The translations under genes and the position numbers were made by a program. A stretch of DNA of 64,000 nucleotides from Chrysomallon squamiferum (lineage: Eukaryota; Animalia; Mollusca): the NCBI GenBank assembly GCA_012295275.1, contig CM022665.1, positions 36,766,001-36,830,000 on the forward strand, given 5' to 3'. The notes under the pieces were generated by a model. It worked only from the letters and a program-made list of their open reading frames with translations, had not been told where the DNA came from and ran no database searches. Numbering within the stretch: position 1 is the stretch's first letter; each line of letters opens with the position of its first letter. Shown piece by piece: positions 40,878 through 54,775 of this stretch.

Positions 40878-43800
40878 AAGTAAACACACACAGACAGACA
40901 CAGACACACACATGTGCAGACCACTAATGTAAGTAACACTACAGACCCAGCTGAGTGCTGGAGGTTTTAGATGACGCGATAGCTCCAATGGTGCATGTTG
41001 GGAGCTAAGCGAGCCTGTTTAAGCCTCGCGGGATTCTCGTTTTAAGAACACGCGTTCCCGAGATGTGAAGATATACGTCTGTGCAAAGTGAAAGTACAGA
41101 TGTGTTACATTAAACATGGTAAAACAGCTTGATAACCGCAGCTACGTTTACCAAAATCTAGACGATAAGGCTGTCTCAAGAAGTCTGGAAGTTACATGAA
41201 AAGTTTCAATTGTTAGAAACAAAGTGAAGATATTGCCGTATCTGTGGAAATCTCGTTTAAAGTGAAAGCTTGGATACTAATTAGCATAGTGAATGTAATA
41301 GTTAGCATTCCACATAAATGTCTGCTGTGATAAGAGAATTTTGAAACTTAAAAGAACGAAAGTGTCGAGTTAGAGAGATAGCTTAAAGTACAAAACAAGA
41401 AACTAAATGACTCGCTCAAACATTTTCGTTGTTGTTCATGTTATTATGTCGTTGAGGTAATAGTAATTACTATTCTTTTATTTCATAAGGTTAAAAAACA
41501 AAAATTGTTAAAATTGAACAGATTTAAAATACGATTACATCATGTTTTGAAATTTATATATTATTTAATTTGCACTTTTTACCATTCTGTAACACGCTCA
41601 AAAATAAATAAGAACCCAGTTCGTTCTGGATATTCATCCAAAATACACAAACCTAACTAAAACAAATGAACAAGTCAGTAACTGAAAGTAGTGAATAAAA
41701 TATTAAAATCATTCCAGAATTTAAAAAAAAAAGAGAAAAAAAAAGCAAAAAGCAAAAAAAAAGCGATTAGTAACAATATACAGATATGAGAGTGAAACTA
41801 AAACACATACCAATGAACTCGAAAATAACACGAAGTACGTCGTTACAATTTCAAAACGAAATATTACTAAAAACTGTATTCCCCTTCTGCCACTAACTAT
41901 TCTAGAAACTAATTTAAACTAATGAATATCTATGGCTGCAGCAAGAGGCTGACAAATTAAGTTGTCTTTGGAAACCAAGCCTGTATCTCGGTCATTGTTA
42001 TAACACTGCTCATTAGTTCAGTTTGTAATGCAATACGTGTCATTTGGAAAGCTCATCTTCCGTCTGGCAGTCTTGTCTTTGCACAGATCATCTCTGGAGA
42101 CAAGAGAATACGAAAATACAAATTTAAACACAAAACTGAGCACTTATTGAAATGTTAATAAAGAAACATACAGAACACCTGTGGATAATTCTGACTTCTT
42201 TGTAATGTCTACAATCAATTGTGAAAATACATACATGCTCAGGTTTGTACATATATAATACATCCAACATGCATACACAGGCACGCACACACATACATAT
42301 CTGCACACACAAATATACATGCAGACACAGATAACTGCATATACACACATACATAAATATAAAAATATATATATATTTTATATAAAATGTAAGAGAACTC
42401 AGTCTTGTTATTATTTTATTCTATGTCAAACATATATTAGTCTTCGTGATTTGACGCCGTCACTGTACATTCCATAGCGGGAAATGATTCCTTTTTACGT
42501 GTGTGATAATTGTACGAGTTTTAAAAGTATTTGTATTTTTAAGTCCAGATTATATTATTTTCACCCAGGTCCATAAATAATACTGGTCATTATTCATTCC
42601 ATAACTCACCCACTCAGTCATGTCTTAATTCATTCATCAACTAATCTGTAAATGACTTCTCCTCCACCTACCTATACAAAGTGATTTTAATCGACTAAAT
42701 GGGAACACGGATATTTATGAAATTCAGGAATGTGCGTTCTAAATCGTACATTCTCTTGAAGGGCCTATCTCTCTTTTGATACAAATTGCGGTTTAATGCC
42801 GATGTGACACCCGTCCAGAAAATTCCACTTCACAATAAGTCGCGTATTCCTCTCATTTCACGTCATTGTCGTAGCGGCATGGAGGGAACATCTGATACGG
42901 CCCGCCGTCGAGTAACAAACGCCTTGTCGACTATATACGACCCGATAGTGTCACCTCTTTGATTGGGTTACAATTACTCACTGGATATGCCCAGTAACCA
43001 ATAATTATCTCGTATCTTTCGCTGACTACAGTTTTAAATCCTGCTAAAGGGCACTTGGAAAGCAGACGACACCGACAAATGCACGTGACTGCCTCAAACG
43101 TGGAAAGCAAGACGACACTGGTGTTTCGACTGACTCGAACTTTACGAACTGTGATTCAAATTCAGACCGCCATTTTTGTGTCGTAAAGCAGTCTCGATGT
43201 CGCTGTAGGGCGTGCAATTATATTTGATTTATTACTCAGCGTAAACTTTGGAACATTTCAACTTCGATGATGACATTTCGAAAGAAAAAGATGTAACATA
43301 ATATTTAATTACTCTACATGGTCATTATTTTCACCATTTCACTGCATTACTCACAAACTATTCTTTGCATATTTTACGAACCGCGGTCTTAGTTTTCTCA
43401 TGTTTGTTAATTATTCCATTAATTTTTCTTTCTTTCTTTTTTTTCTTTTTTTCATTTTTTCCTTTCTTCTTCTTTTTTTTTTTTTTTTTTAAATTAATTT
43501 ATATATGTGTGTATGTGTATGTAAATAGGTATGTGTGTGTTAAAAAATTATTTTCCTTCTTTCAAACAGTTTTTATTCAGATACCAATAACGAATGGATA
43601 CCACAAAAAGTCAAACATAATGATGGAGATATTTCTTAAACGAGTGAATATATTTTTCATTTAAATTCATCAGTCGTCAAACTTTTTTTTTTTTTTTTTT
43701 TTTTTTTCTTTTCTATTTACCTACAAGAAAAGAAAACTGCAGCAGGTATAACTTGTGGTGATGGAAAGCTAGGTAGATGGCAGGCTGATAGTCTGAGAGT

Positions 43801-44300
43801 AGAGAGACAAGACTGGGACGTGTGAAGACTGGTATGCAGTTACGTAGATTAGAACCCAGGTATGTGTTCTTTGATAAATGAATAAGAAAACAGGTAAAAA
43901 TAACATAGCTGTCAATGTGCTGCACGTATACAACTTTTGTGGGTATTTAATGGGTCGTGTTTCATTTATTATTATTATTGTTATTACTACTACTATTATT
44001 ATTATTTATTATTATCATCATGATCATCATCACCATCATTATTATTAATATTATTATTATTATCATCATCATTATTTAGTTATCAAGTTTTCTTTTTGTG
44101 TTATTTTTTATTTTAATTTAATCCATTATTTATTTATTTATTTACTGAGGGGTACACATTATGAGGTATTTTTGATTATTTCTTTTGTTTTGTGTTTATT
44201 ATTATTTTTTTTTTTCTGTGGGTTTCTTGGGGGGTTTTGGTTGCTTTTGGGTTGTTAGTTTTATAGGGTTTTTTTAAATTTATAAAAAAAATTCTGCTTT

Positions 44301-44317
44301 TTGCTTTTCTTTTTTTT

Positions 44318-44381
<64 letters not shown>

Positions 44382-44382
44382 C
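44301..44382. repeat. Long poly-T tract (about 80 nt with few interruptions)
   Basis: Directly visible. Confidence 0.97.
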
Positions 44383-44807
44383 AACCTTTCTTTCTTTATT
44401 TATTTTCCTTTTAATTTGTTCTTGCCATTTGTTTTGTCGGCGTTTCTTGTTTTTAGACATCCTTTACCGACATTATTAAAGCCGTCATCGTGCATTCATG
44501 ACATCTTATTATGAACGTAAATAATACGCTATATGCATACAAACCATCCTAATGGGTGGCTTACTCCGATTTTCTCTCCGAATTATAAATATGACAGACC
44601 GTCACAGTATCGCAGACCAAATTAAATTGAGCTACAAACCTCCAGTCGCTGTTGGTGGTTTATCCTTTGAAGTCTTCTCAGATGCTGCGCTGCTTCCAAA
44701 CCTAATTCCTAAAAGTAGTTACAGGGGAGTATTTTTCGCCTCTCCAGCATCTGCAGTCATGGGTGTTCTGCTCTTAACGATTAAGAAGAAGGTTTTTCTT
44801 CGCTCGT

Positions 44808-44841
<34 letters not shown>

Positions 44842-45006
44842 GAGAGAGAGAAAAAAAAATTTTTCTTGAAGTAGTTAAAGAAGTTATTTATAGACGTCGC
44901 AGAAGTGTTGCTTTACTTTGCAGAAACCTCGTTGTGACTTGACAAGTTTATTACAGACGAAAGTGAGCACGGGTTATGGTGTTGTCTCTTTTATTATTAT
45001 TATTAT

Positions 45007-45047
<41 letters not shown>

Positions 45048-46458
45048 TCATCATTAGTAGTAGTAGTTAGTATCATCATCATTATTGTTGTTGTTATTAT
45101 TACTGTTGTCATTATTACTGTTGATATTATTGTTGTTGTTGCTGCTGTTGTTATTGTTGTCGTTGTTGTTGTTATCATGTCTGTTTTATGCTTTTTGTAT
45201 GCTGAAACGTCCTTACGTATTCAGTCACTCCTGTAAACAATGTCAGCAGATTTAACAGTTCAGTATAACTAATCTATCAGTTCACTGAAGAAATAAAACT
45301 TTGAATCTCACTTGCTATCAAGTATTCCTTTTTAGCACTGAACAAAAAAATAAAAACACGAGAGCTGTAATACATCATGAAATTCCATAAACTCTTTCCT
45401 CTTTTACATTAACTTTGATCCATCTTTATATTTTAATCCTGCAATGGTTTTAAATTTTTAAACTAAGTACTAACAGTATTAGACAAATGCGCCAAAATCT
45501 ATAACGATGTTGAAAGACGTTACTGGCAGTGAAAACATACAAAAAAACGTACACAAACAGGCATATATGAAAATAGAAATAATTTTAGTGTTATTATTCT
45601 ACTTTGTGGGAGGTCTTTTCCCTTGTTTGTTCCTGTGTTTTGTGTATTCCTTATAACAATATACAGAGCCAAAGAAAAAATGTGGGCATCATGGATTATG
45701 TGTTCATATTGAAAGATATAGCTCTCTGCAGTTATCGTAAAAATTATAAAAATTTATGACGAGCAATAAATTTTGGTTCACGAAATAATCATCCTATTCA
45801 TATGAGTTGTTTATGTCTATTAAAAAAAGTATTGTTAGTTGATATGTGAAATATTTCACGACTTCAACCTTTTTTGTTCAGTATAATATATTTTATATCA
45901 CACCACTGTTTATGTCACAGTGATCATCAGTCTCATGATATAACCCCCCCCCCCCTCCGGAAATCATTCACCCTGACATTTGCATCCAGGACAAAGATAT
46001 ATAATGCATGGAAGAAAGTTACCGATACGAGAGTACCACCGTACCGCGACGTTGATTCTACTGCCAGCAGCCTCAACAGCTCCAATATGGAAGACCCCAT
46101 CCAACATAATCTTCTCATTTCCCCATCACTTGAAATCTTTCTGTTTCGGAATTCTATCCAGATTGTCTCTACTCTATTGTTTAAAACATGACTGTGATTT
46201 CCTAGCTTTCTGATTCCGATCTATGACATTTGCCACCGTTCATCTGCCGTGCGTTTCCGTTTCTCGAGCAATTCACATGATGACATTTCACCATTTGTCC
46301 TGCATTTTGACGGCGATAACATTTGGGATAAGGACGGGACAGGCTTATTATCCGACAACAAGACGGCCCGCTGACGCCAGTATTCTGAGAAAATATTGTG
46401 AATTTCTCAAAAGATGGAAAAACAACAACCGAAGCCGCTAAACGCACATAGAGTGTGG

Positions 46459-46489
<31 letters not shown>

Positions 46490-46812
46490 GACGTTTCTGG
46501 CACCAGATGGTCAGAAAGTTGTTGTAGGACGTATCACCATTTCGTTGAATATGTCATTTTCAAAAGAAAGGAATTCCTGGTTTTAAGAAACTGTATAGTC
46601 TTGATTTAATCGGCGACAGTTGTGATGATGATGATGATGATAATGATAATAATAAAGAGAAGAAGAAGAAGAGGTTCTTTTAAATAAACATTCTAGAAAA
46701 CTGATGAAATGTATCTAAAACCAGAAGAACTGAAAATTAAATTAATGCACACATCATAAATAATGACGTAGACTTGAAAAGTTGTCGTGCTTTAATTAAT
46801 CCTGAATATTAA

Positions 46813-46850
<38 letters not shown>

Positions 46851-47929
46851 TACAATTACGTAGTTGTATACGTTCGCGTGTGTGCATCCATATGAGTGTG
46901 TGTATGTGTGTATATACACACGTGTCATGTTTATTAATGCAAAACTGTGTACACCCATTTGTATAGGTATATATCAAAAATATTAAAATTAAACAAGATT
47001 AATTTAAACTGAATTTATATAACTGAATTTATTTCAAAAATATTTCTTAAATACTCGTTGGGAGTTGTCCTTCCATTGCTTTCAGTGTGGCGCAGGATTG
47101 TGTTCATACGATACTCATTCGTGACCACTACGTGTCACAAACATCATTAAAAAAAGTCAAGGCCAAGTTTGCCAGCCAGCCCATCTCGTTAATATTTTGT
47201 GAATTAGTTCAAGAATCTTTCTATTATGAGAGTAAATCTAGAAGCAATTCAATGGCCTATCGGTTACCTTCCCTAAAATCAAATTATGCGTATCGTAAGG
47301 GGCCCCAGCTGTGACTGTCGCTCACGAATCTCGCGGTGAACGTTAATGAGCGAGATCTTCTGCTGCTGGTTTCACGGACGAAATCGGAGCGCTGTCAATG
47401 GACTTGTCTATGAAACGTCTTAAACCGTTAAATCGTTCAGGCTGTTTAAAGCCCAGCACAGCGATGTCTGGCATAAAACTCAGTGAATTTAAACTTCAGT
47501 AAATTAGCCTTTGACATAAAGGGCAAATAAACAGATCTTTAAAAAAATTAAGAAGGAAGAAAACAGAATAACAAAAATTAATGTAAAGAGAAGGTTGTTT
47601 TCATACCACATCAAAAAGAGGTGAACAGTTTTTATAAAATAAAAATAATAATAGAATGTTTTATTAACAAGTATTATAAATTTTTTATTTTAAGTATGAT
47701 TTGGCGTGGGGGTTTTTGGGTTTTTTGCGACAGTAAGAAAATGGCTGCTATTTCTTTGTTACGTACACCGATTAGCAGCAAGGAATCACAAGGAGAAAAG
47801 AATACATAAACTGACATCGATGGTTATATGTAATATTACATGAATCGTTCCACAGGCAGAAAAATACACACAGTGATAATCGTGGGCATAAGCTAGAATG
47901 GCAAATGTTCTAGATGTTACACAATATTT

Positions 47930-48300
47930 GCTAATAACAGAAGAAAAAAAAAGCGTTAAGAAGTTTAATTTAACGATAACTAGAAGGAAAATGTAACAAA
48001 AAGAAAAAGAGGTTAACACAAACAAAAACAAAAACAAAACGAAAAGTTTAACAAGAAAGTGAAGAAAAATGTAACAAGGAAGATGTATGAACATATACAA
48101 AAAAGAAGTAAAATTTAACAAGATCTAGAAGTTATATATATCAAGAACAACAAGACATTTTTTTTTTTTTTAAATAATAAGGGGGGGAAATGTAACAAGA
48201 ATGTGATGAAAAAATGAACAAGAACAAAAAGTAAAATTGAACAAGAACAAGAAACAGAACGTAACAAGAACAAGAAGAAAATTGAGCAAGAAGAGCCAAA
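47930..48300. repeat. Decayed purine-rich tandem repeat (core AAAATGTAACAAGAA)
   Basis: Variants of 'aaaatgtaacaa' at about 47988, 48066 and 48188, plus 'taacaagaa' words. Confidence 0.6.
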
Positions 48301-49317
48301 AAAAAAAAAAAAAATATGATGAAGACAAACATCGCAGAACAGTTGTTAGTGTTGCTGCTGATGCCGTTGTTAATTACGACCGTTTTTGCCGTGACACCTG
48401 TAACATATGTAATAATAAATTACTTCCCACAATAAAAAGATCAAAGCCGTAGGTGTTACAAATGTCAGGTTTTAATACGGATAACAATAATAAGTACAGT
48501 ATCATAAATAAAATTATAACGATTTCACACGACACTGAAATGTAATTTAGAACATTATGTTAGTGTGGGGACTTAACAGTCAGTTTTAAAATTTACTTTA
48601 TTCTTTGAAACTTATATTTCAAATTTAATATTAGTTTCTTTTTAAAGTAATGTCGCAGGTAACATGTGGAACAGTAAATTTACTTGTTAATGACTACGCC
48701 AGATCTTTTTACAGTAATGATTGCACCGTGTGTTCCACCGGCTTTAGTTGCGTTCGTGTATTCGCATGCGCGCACGTGTATTTGTATACACATATATTTA
48801 CTAGGTTCACTGGTAACAAAATTTGTGATCGTTTTATGTATTCATCAACATAATTTATATCCAGTTTTTTATATATATGTATTTAAAGACAATAAGAAAG
48901 AAAACATATATACATATACATACATGTATCTATATATACATATATCCATGGATCTGTCTGACTATATGGATATATAAAACTAAAATGTCAAGTCCCATTA
49001 AAGAAAGATTAACACTAACATGATATTCCTATGACAATTAGAGTTAAAGAAAAGTAAAACAAAAGATACACATGAAAACTGACACATTGCATAATAACTT
49101 TAATTTAATTAAAACAAAAATATGTCCTAAAATAAACGTATTCCTCGGTTTATGTATGTTTGCATGTATGTATTAGTGTATGTGTGTATGTATGTACCTA
49201 TGTATGTATGTATGTATGTATGTATGTATGTATGTATGTATGTATTATGTATGTATGTATGTATTAAATATATATGTGCATGTGTGTTATTACTATTATT
49301 ATTACTATCATAATTAC

Positions 49318-49349
<32 letters not shown>

Positions 49350-49522
49350 GAATATTAAACAACAACAAGATTTTTGTTCTAGTTGTGCTTTATTATCGTT
49401 ATCATTATTCTTATTGATACTGTTGTTATTATTATTTTTTATTTTTATTTTTTTATATTTGTATTTTTTATTTTATTTTATGATTTTTAATTCAATTTTT
49501 TTATTTTATTTTATTTTATTTT

Positions 49523-49562
<40 letters not shown>

Positions 49563-50047
49563 GTAGAGATGTATTACTTATAACATCTATTACACATCTA
49601 CTTAAACGTATTTCTTTTCGTGTTATCTTCTGTGTGGTGAGGCAGGAATACACATTATTTTTACAAAGTTGCAGAGGAGAGAAGAAAAGCGGCACCACAA
49701 ACGACACCGTCCGTCCGGGAAGGCGTCTTGGTGTGTGTCTGCGGTATCCCTACCCGCGGCGCTAGCTGGTGGTTTGTATTAAACACATCAAAGTTATCAT
49801 CCTATTTTATGAATTTCTCTACAAGTGAACGGTCTGAGGTGTTCACAGAGACAATTTATCTCTCCAGCAACTCCAGGATTCCTCTTGTGGGGTCCGCTAA
49901 TGTTCTCTTACATTAGTGCTGTGCTTAGCGTGTTGCAGATTTATGCAATGTTTTGGTTGTAAGAGATTTTTTTTAGATTTCTATTTTTTTTTTTTTTTTT
50001 TTTTGTTCATGTAAACATTGCCGGAACGGAATTCTTGCTTTGTTGGG

Positions 50048-50083
<36 letters not shown>

Positions 50084-51533
50084 ATGAGTGTAGTTTCTTC
50101 TCTCTTTCCATCCGTCTCAGTATTTCTACTTATCGGCCTACCTATCTATCTGTCTATCTGTCTGCCTATCTGTCTATCTATCTATATTTCTGTGTACGTT
50201 AATCCTTCCTCTCTTGTTTCTATCGTGTTATTATGTAACAACAGCTAGATACAACCGCACAGTGTCAAAATACATACCAGCCATCTTAACAAATTAACTC
50301 ACACGTTTACAAACAATACAAATATTTCAGTCCATACCGAAATGTCCAAGCTGATTAAATAACAAATAAGGAGAATGCCATTTTCAATTAGATAAAATGT
50401 GTAAAAGAATTTTTTTTAAACTGAAGAAAATGTGAAATGTCCAGACGGATTGTTCTAAACAAACATCTATGAAATATTTTCCTATTTGCTTTCTAATGTT
50501 ACTGAATATCAATCATTAATATCATATTTTGACTAATCTATGTATGTATGTATGTAGATATATATGTATGTACGTACGTATGCATGAATGAATGTATATA
50601 TGTATTAATTTGTGTGTATGTTTGTATGCATGTATATATGTATTAATATGTATATACGCATTAATATGTATATATGTATTAATATGTATATATGCACGTA
50701 CGTATGAACGTATTAATTAAAACACGACATGTGGGGTTTTGCCGTTACGAAATAAAGTCTCTTTCTTTTTTTTTTTTTTTTTTTTTTTTCAATTTATCAA
50801 CGCCTGATAAATCAAACTAAGGAAGAATTTTCCCAAGAATCAACTAATTGCCTAATTATTTGTGAAGCAAGTCAAACTCAGGCAATCTTTCTTTTTTCTT
50901 TTTCTTTTTTTTCTCCCCCTATCTCCCCCCCCCCTCCTTTTCTTTCTTTTCGTTTTTCTTTCAGCTCTTTGCAATCCGCGAAATTTGCTAACCATCATCT
51001 GAAATGTTTGCCCTCGCATAGAAAGAGAGACCCAGTTTTGTGGAAAAGTAAATCGCGATAAAAGCCTCCTTTCCAGAGCCCAGATCCCGAGCTACAGGGC
51101 GAAACCTGATGAAATACGTTGTGGACAAACATTTGCATTGTTATAGTCTTTCTTATTGACCGTCTTAATGTTCCTAGGCCCCGCCACTTAGTCACCGTAT
51201 ACACAGTTTGGTGAGCTTGTTTGAACAGAGACGTAGTGCGGAAATGTTCGTAAAATTGCATTGTAAATATCACTTTCTGAAATAAACATTGATAGAGAGA
51301 GAGAGTGAGCGCTACTGGAGGCAAAGAAATGTACGTTTTGTTTATTCAGAAAAATCTACTCCTTTTTTCCCTTCGAGGCGATTTTTAAAGTCATCTTCTT
51401 TGTTTCCTTTTTTTTTTTTTTATTGTTTGTTTTTGTTGTTGTTGTTTTGTGTTTTGTGTTTTTTTTTTTTTTTAATTCTTTTAATGGAGGAGAAACATAT
51501 TCTAAAATTATTATAATTATGACTGTTGGATAA

Positions 51534-51541
<8 letters not shown>

Positions 51542-51614
<73 letters not shown>
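51542..51614. repeat. (GA)n microsatellite
   Basis: Perfect run. Confidence 0.99.
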
Positions 51615-51616
<2 letters not shown>

Positions 51617-54600
51617 ATAATTGTTTTTAAAATGTCCATTTGTCAAGGCATAAGCAAACCAAAAAAAAAGATATTTCATTTTACTTGTATTTTCTTTAAT
51701 GATAAACCTAGATATAGAATGTTAATAAATTACCTTCTCTGTGAGTCTGACACTTTAATGAGTTACGACAACCAAAAAAAAATATCACGACTCATTTAGT
51801 AGCTCAATAATTTAAGCGTGGTCCCGAAAGTGTGTGAGATTGCTAGACCCACAATATCGGTGTGTCATGTGGACTATACTCTATTGCAAGCATTGACTCT
51901 GTGTTCATGTGTTGTCCCTCTATCGAAACGCATAATCATAAGAGAAATCATCTCCTCCAAATCAGTCCGAGCAGCTCACATAATAACAACAACGGGTTTC
52001 CTCTCTCCTGTTCACCAACAAACTAAAATCCTTAGTTTGACATTTAACCACGTAATGATAAAGTATGCTATGGTTTCATTAAATATTCATTCATTCCAAC
52101 ACATTATATTATTATATTTTCACTTTTTCTGCTGTAACTTTAGATTGAAATTTAAAAACCTGAAGAACTGAGTGTACCACCGGAAAAAAACAATTAAAAA
52201 CAAAATACGTTGATTGATTATTTGTCAATTATTTTTAGTCACCACCAATAAAGAACGCGTATATTTTCTACATAGATATTGGTTTATCTTGTTTCCTTTG
52301 TTAAACATTTCTGAAAAATGGAATACACTGTAAAACTATAATAGCGTTCATTTAATGCGAATAACGTTTTCAAAGAAAAAGAATCACCTCATCGAAGATA
52401 TTCAAAAAGGAAGGCAAAAAAAAGCTTTAGTGAGTAATAACAAATGTATAACTATGCTAATATAGTAAATAATGAGAAACCTGCACGAAAAAATGGAAAT
52501 GTATCTCCGGAATCATGTCACTCGATTTCTTGGCCAATCGTTTCCATAAAGAGCGATGTGTCCCGGAGCAATAGCCATCACGCCACGCAGAATCGGAAAT
52601 GAGGGCAATCGGGTTAAAAACAATACTTTCATGACAAATTTTTTGTCATATTGTGTAACCGTTACATTCTCATTAAACGAGATCAGGAGGGAGTTTTTTT
52701 TTTTCCATTTTGTCTTTTATTTTTTAATTTTTTAATTTTTTATATATATATATATATATATTTATGTTAAATAATTAAAAAATATATATATATATCTTAA
52801 TAAAAGAGGACATAAGAATACATTATTGTTGCTGTTGTTATTATTATCATTATCACTATTAGAATCAGTAATGGTAGTTGTTGTTTTTGTTGTAGTACAT
52901 TCATCATCACCATCATCATTGTTCGATATTTTTAATTTAGTTATAAAATTTATATTTATATTTTTATATTTTTAAAAAATAATCATTATTATTATTTTAC
53001 TTTATTTTACTTTTTAATAAATATATTTTATTGGTATTTTTAGGAAACAACAACAACAACAAAACAAAAACAAAAAGCAGAAAAAAGCAAAAGATAACTA
53101 CAAAACTTTAAATCACTGTTAACCAAAGTCCATTTCTTCTTTTCCCATTTAAATATCCTCGTTTCATTATCTGAAATGAAATCACTCGAGTTTTTCACTC
53201 AATAAAAACTCATTTCGGTTGATAACTCTTCAAACATTTCAAAAACTCTGCGTTTCTCTGTTATGCAACTCTTTTTTTTTTTTTTATAAACGAACAACCA
53301 CAGGGCGTCTGTAGACCGAAAAAGAGTGAAATAGTTTTTCTGCACCTTTAGACTTATCACCCACTATCAAATGTTTATGTTAAAATCAACGTCATTACTA
53401 AAATGTACGTCTTCGCGCCGGGACCAGCTCCAAGCAAACAATGGAAAGAAGCTGTCGGCTCCGGACTGTCTCCTAGGCTTTGTGTTTCCGCTTATGCTTT
53501 TGTACGATCCCGAAACAGTTGTCGCCCCAGTAGTATTTCTTGTAAGAGTATCTATTTGCCGATATTTGCCGTAATGAAAGGACGTTTTTTTTACTCTATT
53601 TATTCTCCGGGATTGGAAGTGCCACCAGCGAGCCAAGACCAACAGAGAGTCGTTGACACCTCCTGACAGAACTAAATCTCATGTCCTCCCTTCGTGGCAC
53701 TTTGTAATCAAGAAAAAATCCAGAGTTTAGTCGTTATTCTCTGAGCCAACAGCCGAGATTAAAAGGTGTTCATATTGTCAAATGTGAAATCAATCTTTAT
53801 CGTGGATTTGACTTGCCCGTTTTGGCGGATGAGCTGAATCAATTATCAGTACCCGAGACTGACTACAACGAACCATTCACTGAGACTTTGCACAAGCTGA
53901 ATCCTGAATATAATAACTATTAACACTGTTACTACAGAATCGTTGTATTTCTGGTGTGGGAAAATGGGGGTAGATCTCTTAGAAAACAGACACGTCTTTT
54001 TTTTTTTTTTTTTTTTTTTTTTCGGTTGGGGGTGGGAGGGGCGATGATGATGATTTTTCTTCCTCTGATATTCTTATGAATGAATGCGGGTATTAAAACA
54101 AATCCCAGAATGAGTGTGTGTTATGTGTCTGTGAATTTTCAGGTAACGACAACGTATAATTACATTAAACCGAGTAAAAGAATGTTGGCACCAATGTAAG
54201 GTAGACAATAACTGTAAACATACATAAATTAATGAACTGTGTGATCGACTCGAGAGAAAAAACAACAAAAAAAACTGACTAACGACCAAGTTGTTTGTAA
54301 GTTGATAATTATAAACACGATACGAGATATTGTGTATAAATAGGATTAAATGATTCATACATTATGTTAATAATATTCATCTAGAATTACAGATAATTCA
54401 AGAAACCATTAAATTAGAATAATGGTTTGTGGCTCTGGTGACAGCTTAATGGTGAAAAATGTTGTGGTTTCTTGATTATTGTTGCTGTTGTAGAAGATTT
54501 ACAACGGCAGCTTTATTTGAACCAGTTTGTTTTTATTGACATATACTAATGAGTTCAAAAACAAATTACAATTAACTGATGTATTCCATATATTGTTCCT

Positions 54601-54673
54601 TGAACAATTAAATTTTTGATCCATAATTTCATTAACATTTTGTTCCTATATTAAATAATTATGACCTTTTTTA

Positions 54674-54775
<102 letters not shown>

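Noticed and set aside
53367-53666. Overlapping ORFs on both strands in a GC-richer island
   Set aside because: No recognisable protein and no convincing splice boundaries. It is better treated as a non-coding island.
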